From: an uncultured Solirubrobacterales bacterium
GTDB taxonomy: Bacteria; Actinomycetota; Thermoleophilia; Solirubrobacterales; JBBDJG01
Reading direction: 5' to 3'
NCBI GenBank assembly: GCA_963731895.1
Contig: CAVSXO010000026.1
Location: 451,285 to 515,284, forward strand
Length of the DNA: 64,000 nucleotides
Positions 57,561-64,000 of the stretch are shown piece after piece. Under the pieces are notes generated by a model. That model had not been told where the DNA came from. It did no database searches and saw nothing but the letters and a program-made list of their open reading frames with translations. Position 1 is the stretch's first letter. Each line of letters begins with the position of its first letter. The position numbers and the translations under genes are program-made.

Positions 57561-59956
57561 CTAGGGCGCGAACACGCCCTGGCGCAGGAACGGGCGCCCG
57601 TCGGGGCCCACCACCTCGACCTGCCCGAACGCCCAGATCGCCCGCCGTCCCTCCGCCACGGCGCCGGGGATCAGCGCGTCGACCGTGGTCGACGTCGCGC
57701 ACGTCCCGCCCGCCCCGCCGGGTGTCGCTGCGCACTGGACCGGAATTTCAAGCGGCGTGTCGGTGACGGTCGCGGGATCGTTGCCTCCGCCGGGCAGGGT
57801 GGCGCTGCCGCGGTCGGTGATCCGCAGGGAGATGCGGGCGGTCAGCTCGCCCGTGTGGTCCTCGAGCGTTACTCGCTCGCGCACGTCGCTCACGATCACG
57901 GACACCTCCACATCGGCCTCGTCGGCCGAGGTGCGCGGGTCCCCGGGCGATACGGCGAGACGGGCGCTCCCAACCGAGGCTGCCGGGCGCGCGTTCGCGT
58001 CCGGCGTCCCAACGGTCAACGCAGTCGTCTCGAGCGCCGCCGGCGCGCAGGACCCGAACGCGAGCGGCGGTCCATGCTGCCGGTTGGCAACCTCGCAGGG
58101 GCGGTAGGCGGGGACCAGCGACACCCGCAGCGGGGTGGCGCCGCGCGGGCGGGCGTAGCCCGGGGGCTCGACCCAGATCGGGCTCGAGACGGCCTCGATC
58201 GCGCTCTCGCGCTGGAGCTGCAGCCGGTAGCGGCCCGCACCCACCTCGGGGAAGTCGAAGGAGAAGTCGTCGCTGGTCACGGGCACGGAGAGGAGTGGCG
58301 CGCCGTCCTTCAGCACGAACAGCGTGTACGAGCCGGGTCGCACCGCGCCGGGGCCGGCGCCGGTCACCCGGGCGGTGAACTGGACCCCGCCGCCGGGGAC
58401 CGCGTCGCCCATGATCGCGGGCGGCCCGCTCGCGCCCTGGGGAAGCGCCTCGAAGCGCAGGTCCGGGCCGTCGTTGCCGAACACCTTCACATAGGTATGG
58501 CGCGCTTCGACACCACGCTGGATGCCGCGCTCGGAGAGCTCGTCCGCGTATACGACCGTGGTCGCCTGCCCGATCGGAGACTGCGTCACGGGATCGGGGG
58601 CGCGACCGGCGTTGTGGGAGTCGCTCGAGCCGACGGCCGCGATGCGGTTGGCGTTCTGACCGCCGGCGTCCATCGCCTCCTCCCAGAACTGGATCGCGAG
58701 CGGCGTGAACGGGTTCGGGCCCGGCTGCGGGTCCTCCTTCAGGCCCGCGGGCCCGGTCGCGATCTCGACCGCATCGACGGCGCGGTAGTCGGTCTCCGCG
58801 GCGGTGTAGTCCCAGGGGCAACCACGGCACAGGAAGTCGAAGCCGGGGACCTCGGACGGGAAGATCCGGGGATGGTTGATCTGGGTGAACCCGCCCCCCG
58901 CGTGCACACCGTCGAACAGGGCGCTCGGCGGGCGGGCGGCGCGCACCGGGCGCAGGTCACCGTTCTCGCCGAACTCGTACACCGGCCCGGTGCGGTGATC
59001 GACGTAGCGCAGGCTCGCGTGGTTGTTGGCATGGCCGCGATAGGTGATGACCTCACTGGAGCGGACGATCAGCTTGCCGGGATGAGCGGGCTGATAGCGG
59101 CCGATCTCCCCCACGCCGTGTCGGTCACGTAATCCGACAGCGTGATGAAGTCGAGCCCGGCGCCGCCCTGCGCGAGCGGGCGGAACGCATAGTCGAACGC
59201 CTCGGTCATCGTGGCGTCCCCCAGCGATGAGTGCTCGGCATGGACGTGGAAGTCGCCCGCGTACCACCCGGCCTGCCCGCTTGCCGGCGTCTCGTCGTAG
59301 GGCGCCGGGGCGTATGGCTGCGTTTCCCACAACGGGTCGCTCGAGATGTCGACCTCGACGCGCCAGGCGACGCGCCCGTCGGAGTCTCCCTCGGTCTGCG
59401 AGGCGACCGCCGCCACTCCCAGCTCCACGGCCCATTCCCCGGCCGGGATCGGGCCGGGTCGAAAGCCGCGCGTCGTGTGGCCCTGGCGGTGCAGCCGGGG
59501 ATTCGCGAGGTAGTCAGTCTCGCTCGAGAATCCGTTCCGCGACAGCGTCACGTCGGGGTGGCTGGAGCCTCCCCAGCCGCGGAACTGCGGCTCGGCCCAC
59601 TGCACGCCCGGCGCCGGGCGCGAGTCCCACAGCCCGAGGTCGAGCACGTGCCGGATCCGGGCATTCGTGGGCGCTTCCGGCTGATCGTGGCAGTAGCGCA
59701 CGCGCACCGCCGTCGTGCCGGCCGGGACGTCGAAGGGAAGCATCACGTAACCGCGCTCGAGCGAGGTGTCGAACTCGCCGGTGATCACGCGATGTGGCTG
59801 CAGGGACGAATCGGCTGCGCCGGCGCAGCTCACCGGTGCGGCGGCGAGCCGGGCGGCGGGGTGATGAGCTCCGGCCGAGGCCGCCCACAGAGCCGCACAC
59901 GCGCCCACAACCGCGCATGCCCGAATCATCCGCTGTGCCGCTTCCCCCACTGACAC
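57561..59956 (-). pseudogene. Secreted PHP-domain (CehA/McbA-like) metallohydrolase with shared C-terminal module; one -1 break in a G5 run near 59110
   Basis: Signal peptide (alternative ATG at 59929: MIRACAVVGACAALWAASAGA). GDFHVHAEHSSLGDA (PHP HxH motif) is in ORF 59069..59956. ...DYVTDTAWG joins EIGRYQPAHPGKLIVRSSEV of ORF 57561..59435. SSDSHN. The final 200 aa form the C-terminal module (57561..58160). Confidence 0.8.
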
Positions 59957-60048
59957 GCGATCCTAATCAGTAACTGACCGGCGAGTCTGGACAAGCTGTC
60001 TCGCGTGCGGGTAGAGTCGGCTCGTCCGGGAGCAACGACTTTGGAGGA

Positions 60049-62520
60049 GTGATGTCCCGATTCGCCAGCAGGTTCTGGGCTGCCTTCGGCGTGATGGCGG
60101 TCCTCGTTCTCGGCCTTCAGGCCGGGGCCGCGTCGGCCGCCCCGCCCGATTTCTCATCCCCGGGTGAGGCCTACGACGTGCTGCCGCCCGGCCAGGCCGG
60201 CGGCTTCTCGACCACCGTCAATTCGCGGGACCAGATCCCGCTCTACGACGGGCTCACTCCGCTCAAGGACCAGGTCTTCACCAACGACCTGCCCAACTAC
60301 TTCAAGAAGAACGTGTTCGGCCTCGGCGGCCTGAACGTGCAGCGCGTGCAGAGCTTCCCGGCCCGGCCGGATCTGGTCGTGACGCGTGACAGCTTCTCCG
60401 TCCCGCACATCGAGGCTCCCACCCGGGACGACGTCATGTACGGGATCGGGTTCGTGACGGCCGAGGACCGTGGCCTTCTGATGGACACGTTCCGTGGTCC
60501 CGGCCGGGTGGCGTGCCTCGACGTACCGGGGCTGAACCCGTTCCAGCTGGCACAGGGCTTCCAGCCGTTCAACTCCTCGTCGGACACGGAGGCATTTCTG
60601 GCATCGCAGGTCGATCTGGTCATGCAGGACCCGCGCGGTCAGCGGATCGTGGACGACATCGACAACTACCTCGCCGGGATCAACGCCTTCCGCACCCTGG
60701 CCGGGAGCACCGCCCGCCCGTGGAACCGCAACGACGTGGTCGCGACAGCGTGCCTGATCGCGGCCGTGTTCGGAAAGGGCGGGGGAGACGAGGCGCGCCG
60801 CGCGCAGCTCCTCTCCGCGCTGCAGGACAGGCTCGGCGAGCGTGAGGGCGAGCAGGTCTGGAACGACCTGCGTGAGGTGAACGACCCGGAGACGTCCGTG
60901 TCGATCGACGGCAAGTTCAACCAGCAGGCCCACAAGGCCAAGCACCGGATGGGCAACGCCATCATCGACGCGAACAGCCTCGATACGTCCGCGGCCGGCA
61001 GCTCCGCTGTGGCGCAGGAGTCGCAGCAGGCAGCCAGCAACGCGATCCTGGTCGGGGCGCAGAAGTCCGCGACTGGGCATCCCTTCTTCGTCGCCGGGCC
61101 GCAGGTCGGCTACTTCTATCCGCAGGTGCTGTACGAGATCGACGCGCACGGCGGCGGCATCGACGCACGAGGCGCGACGTTCCCCGGCGCTGGGCCGTAC
61201 GTCGAGCTTGGCCGCGGCATCGACTACTCGTGGAGCGCGACGTCCGCGGGCAACGACAACATCGACATCTTCGTCGAGGAGCTGTGTGGTGACGACACCC
61301 ACTACGTCTTCGACGGGGAATGCAGGGAGATGACGTCGTTCGACGCCGGACGGCTGGGGTTTGGCGCCGGCACGCCGGTCGTCTACAACGAGACGGTGCA
61401 CGGCCCGGTGCTGGGTTACGCGACGGTCGACGGCGAGCGCGTCGCGCTCTCGTCGTCCCGCACCACCCGCGGCCGCGAGGTCATGGCGGCCTTCCCGTTC
61501 GCGGACCTGAACGCGAACGTCCCGACCGACGCGGAGAGCTTCTTCGACGTAGTGTCGGAGATCGAGTTCACGTTCAACTGGTTCTATGCGGACGACAAGG
61601 ACATCGCGATGTACTCGAGTGGGCGGCTGCCTGTCCGCCACCCGCACGTCGACATCGGGTTGCCGACATGGGGCAACGGCCGCTACGAGTGGCGTGGCTT
61701 CCTCGACGCCGACAAGCACCCGCACGGCACAACGCCGGCCGACGGCACGATCGTCAACTGGAACAACAAGCCGGCCGCCGGCTGGGAGGCTGCGGACGAC
61801 ACCTGGGGCTACGGCTCGGTGGTACGCAACGACCTCCTCGAGCGGACGGTCGACCCGCCCGCGACGCACTCGTTGGCGTCGGTTGTCGGTGCGATGAACA
61901 AGGCCGCCACGCAGGACCTGCGGGCGGTGAAGGCGATCAGAGGCGTGCTGTGGGTGGCCGAAACCGGGCCCGCGCCGAACGCGCGCGTCCAGCGGATGGT
62001 CGAGCTGCTCCAGGACTGGCGGACGCAGGGATCACACCGGCTCGACCTGGACCTCAACGGCACGATCGACCACCCGGCGGCCGCCATCCTCGACAGGGCA
62101 TGGGCGAAGATCGCCGACGCGGTGATGGGTCCGGTGCTCGGTCCCCAGCTCGGTGACCTGGCCTCGCTCATGACCCGTGACAACGCTGCCAACAGGCAGG
62201 GCTCCTCCTACGGCAGCGGCTGGTACGGCTACATCGACAAGGACCTGAGGACACTCCTCGGCAGGCCCGTCGCGAAGCGGTTCAAGACCCACTTCTGCGG
62301 GAACGGGGACCTGGCGGCGTGCCGCGACTCGCTGTATGCGGCGCTCGACCAGACTGCCGCGGAGCTCGAGGACGAGTTGGGCAACCCGAATCCAGACGAC
62401 TGGCGCGCCAACGCCGCGGCCGAGAGGATCTTCTTCTCGCCCGGCTTCCTGGGCACCACGATGCGCTGGACCAACCGGCCCACGTTCCAGCAGGCGATCA
62501 GCTACTCGGGCCACCGTTAG
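60049..62520 (+). CDS. Penicillin acylase family protein (Ntn hydrolase, S45)
   Basis: 823-aa intact ORF with GGAGGAG RBS and a signal peptide (FWAAFGVMAVLVLGLQAGAASA). YDVLPPGQAGG. Nucleophile context QQAASNAILVGAQKSATGHPFFVAGPQVGYFYPQ. ...GIDYSWSATSAGND. Confidence 0.88.
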   Translation: MMSRFASRFWAAFGVMAVLVLGLQAGAASAAPPDFSSPGEAYDVLPPGQAGGFSTTVNSRDQIPLYDGLTPLKDQVFTNDLPNYFKKNVFGLGGLNVQRVQSFPARPDLVVTRDSFSVPHIEAPTRDDVMYGIGFVTAEDRGLLMDTFRGPGRVACLDVPGLNPFQLAQGFQPFNSSSDTEAFLASQVDLVMQDPRGQRIVDDIDNYLAGINAFRTLAGSTARPWNRNDVVATACLIAAVFGKGGGDEARRAQLLSALQDRLGEREGEQVWNDLREVNDPETSVSIDGKFNQQAHKAKHRMGNAIIDANSLDTSAAGSSAVAQESQQAASNAILVGAQKSATGHPFFVAGPQVGYFYPQVLYEIDAHGGGIDARGATFPGAGPYVELGRGIDYSWSATSAGNDNIDIFVEELCGDDTHYVFDGECREMTSFDAGRLGFGAGTPVVYNETVHGPVLGYATVDGERVALSSSRTTRGREVMAAFPFADLNANVPTDAESFFDVVSEIEFTFNWFYADDKDIAMYSSGRLPVRHPHVDIGLPTWGNGRYEWRGFLDADKHPHGTTPADGTIVNWNNKPAAGWEAADDTWGYGSVVRNDLLERTVDPPATHSLASVVGAMNKAATQDLRAVKAIRGVLWVAETGPAPNARVQRMVELLQDWRTQGSHRLDLDLNGTIDHPAAAILDRAWAKIADAVMGPVLGPQLGDLASLMTRDNAANRQGSSYGSGWYGYIDKDLRTLLGRPVAKRFKTHFCGNGDLAACRDSLYAALDQTAAELEDELGNPNPDDWRANAAAERIFFSPGFLGTTMRWTNRPTFQQAISYSGHR

Positions 62521-62544
62521 GGCTGGCACACGAGAGGCGTGCGA

Positions 62545-62572
62545 GCGGCCCGGGAGCCAGTGCCCGGGCCGC
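62545..62572 (+). terminator. GC-rich hairpin 25 nt after the acylase stop (candidate terminator)
   Basis: GCGGCCCGGG, then agccagtg, then CCCGGGCCGC: a perfect 10-bp stem with an 8-nt loop. No U-tract, which is common in high-GC actinobacteria. Confidence 0.5.
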
Positions 62573-62595
62573 TCCGCCGCGCCTCGCTCGCCTGA

Positions 62596-62871
62596 CCTTC
62601 GCGCACGGTCACGCGCCAGATCGAACAGCAACGGGAAACCTTCGACGACGACGCATTTGAACTGATCAGCGACTTCATCGACGTTGGCGACCGAGTTGCG
62701 GTGAGGTTCATCTGGCGTGGCGCGGGCCACGGCCCTGAGTTGAACTTGGAGGCGACGGGCGTCTACACGGTGCGCAAGGGCAAGGTCCTCGCCATCGAGC
62801 ACTTCTGGGACCACGCGGAGGCCCTCGAAGCCGTGGGGCGGTCGGAGCAAGACGCTCACGCCGACTCCTGA
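62596..62871 (+). pseudogene. 5'-truncated SnoaL-like gene fragment (C-terminal ~85 aa only)
   Basis: Open frame from 62596 (preceded by an in-frame TGA) with no start codon: ...RQIEQQRETFDDDAFELISDFIDVGDRVAVRFIWRGAGHGPELNLEATGVYTVRKGKVLAIEHFWDHAEALEAVG.. then TGA at 62869..62871. Confidence 0.5.
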
Positions 62872-62894
62872 GCCTGCGTGATACTGCGGGGACG

Positions 62895-63323
62895 ATGTCG
62901 CACGAGAACGTGGAGGTCGTGCGAGCCTTCTTCGAGGCGTGGAACGCCGGGAACACGGATGCCGTTGTGGAACTCCTGGATGCCGACGTCGACTACTTCC
63001 CCTCACGCAAGCTTCCGGAGGCGCGGCCCTGCCACGGCCCGGAGGAGGTCTTGCAGTTCATCGCCCGCTATCTGGATGCATATTCTCGTCACGATTGGGC
63101 GATTCAGGAGGTGATCGAGGTGGGCGGTGACCGTTTCTTGGCACGCGTGAACTTGCGGGTCGAGGGTCGCGACAGTGGGGTGAAACTCGAGGGCGACCTC
63201 TACCACTGCTTTTGGTCGCGAGACGGGCGCTTCTTTCGGGTAGAGGATCACATGACCTTGAGCGGAGCCCTCCATGCGCTCGGGCTCGAAGGCGAAACGC
63301 TCGAAGCCGGTCTCTCGGAGTAG
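62895..63323 (+). CDS. SnoaL-like / NTF2-fold protein
   Basis: 142 aa. MSHENVEVVRAFFEAWNAGNTDAVVELLDADVDYFP...FLARVNLRVEGRDSGVKLEGDLYHCFWSRDGRFFRVEDH. Confidence 0.78.
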   Translation: MSHENVEVVRAFFEAWNAGNTDAVVELLDADVDYFPSRKLPEARPCHGPEEVLQFIARYLDAYSRHDWAIQEVIEVGGDRFLARVNLRVEGRDSGVKLEGDLYHCFWSRDGRFFRVEDHMTLSGALHALGLEGETLEAGLSE

Positions 63324-63325
63324 CG

Positions 63326-63529
63326 ATGTCGCAGGAGAACGTGGAGCTCGTCCGCCGTCTCGTTGCAGCCGTCGAGGTAACCACGCCGACCGCCATCGTG
63401 TTGACGGTTGGGGCCGGGTACCGGCCACCGTCCTGGATAGAGGTCGCATGGCGACACTTAGGCAGGACATCGCCGGCGAACGGCGCGCGGACTGCGAGAT
63501 ATTGCGCGGGCGCTGGGCCTACGGGATGA
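63326..63529 (+). pseudogene. SnoaL-like gene fragment (family N-terminus only, then non-homologous)
   Basis: The ATG at 63326, 2 nt after the previous stop, gives MSQENVELVRRLVAAVE (compare VSQENVELVRRLYAQL at 15183). The rest lacks family features. The ORF runs into the 3' end of the convergent gene. Confidence 0.35.
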
Positions 63530-64000
63530 AGATGCCCTGGCGGGCGAAGACCTGGTTGGGCGCGGTTTCGGCGTCGCCGTCGGACCCGCCGTCCATCACC
63601 TCGACGGGGCCGAGCGCCCAGATCGCGCGGGCGCCCTCGCTCACCAGGCCCGGCGTGATCGCGTCGAGGGTGCTCGTGACGTTGCAGACCGCGCCCGTGT
63701 TCACGTCCGGAGTCACGGCGCATGGGATCGTGGACGGCAGCACCAGGTCCTCCACGGTGCCGGTCTCGTTCACGCCGGGGAGGCTGCGGCGGTCTGTGAT
63801 GCGCATGGTGGTACGCGGCTGCACCTCACCGCTGTAGTCGGCAAGCGTGCCGGCGACACGCACGTCCGAGAGCCTGAACTCGAACACCACGTCCGCGTCG
63901 TCAGCGGGCGTCCCGGGGTCGCCGGTCCGCACCGCGTACCGGAATGATCCGACCGAGTTGGACGCCTTGGCGTTCGCGTCCTGCGTCCCGACCGTGAGGT
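63519..64000 (-). CDS. 3' part of a secreted protein ending in the shared C-terminal module (5' end outside window)
   Basis: ...DDADVVFEFRLSDVRVAGTLADYSGEVQPRTTMRITDRRSLPG...IPCAVTPDVNTGAVCNVTSTLDAITPGLVSEGARAIWALGPVEVMDGGSDGDAETAPNQVFARQGIFIP-stop. The frame is open to the window edge. Confidence 0.75.
   Translation of the reverse strand, partial: LTVGTQDANAKASNSVGSFRYAVRTGDPGTPADDADVVFEFRLSDVRVAGTLADYSGEVQPRTTMRITDRRSLPGVNETGTVEDLVLPSTIPCAVTPDVNTGAVCNVTSTLDAITPGLVSEGARAIWALGPVEVMDGGSDGDAETAPNQVFARQGIFIP

Overview
High-GC actinobacterial-type chromosomal DNA. The protein repertoire most resembles Thermoleophilia / Conexibacter-Solirubrobacter-like genomes, but that is inference only. I can support about 55 protein-coding loci. 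I found no rRNA, tRNA, CRISPR array, transposase or integrase.

Content:
- Housekeeping and metabolic genes: Lhr helicase, proline catabolism (proline dehydrogenase plus P5C dehydrogenase), acyl-CoA dehydrogenase, flavoprotein disulfide reductase, MsrB, glyoxalase I, GST, SDR.
- Regulators: a divergent MarR-MMPL pair with a centred palindrome, and two OmpR/histidine-kinase pairs.
- An unusually rich set of secreted repeat proteins: Vgb-like propeller, FG-GAP, TolB-like, RTX, a ~1600-aa S8/FG-GAP peptidase, a PHP/CehA-like hydrolase and a penicillin acylase.

Three things stand out:
1. A ~4.3-kb lower-GC islet (30.4-34.8 kb) encodes a 2-TM protein translationally coupled to an NB-ARC/TPR STAND NTPase with no output domain of its own, plus an orphan ORF. 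This is the best candidate for an undescribed conflict/defence-type module.
2. A ~200-aa Cys-containing C-terminal module ending F-x-RQG-x-F-x-P is shared by four otherwise unrelated secreted proteins.
3. By hand count there are roughly 50 reading-frame breaks. About 90 % behave as +1 insertions. They cluster in some genes (15 in lhr) and are absent from others. This is most likely assembly or sequencing error rather than biology, but it cannot be resolved from the sequence alone.

Genes that need frame correction are listed as pseudogene with that caveat. All frameshift positions and start codons were derived by eye from the ORF track and the sequence, so they are approximate.
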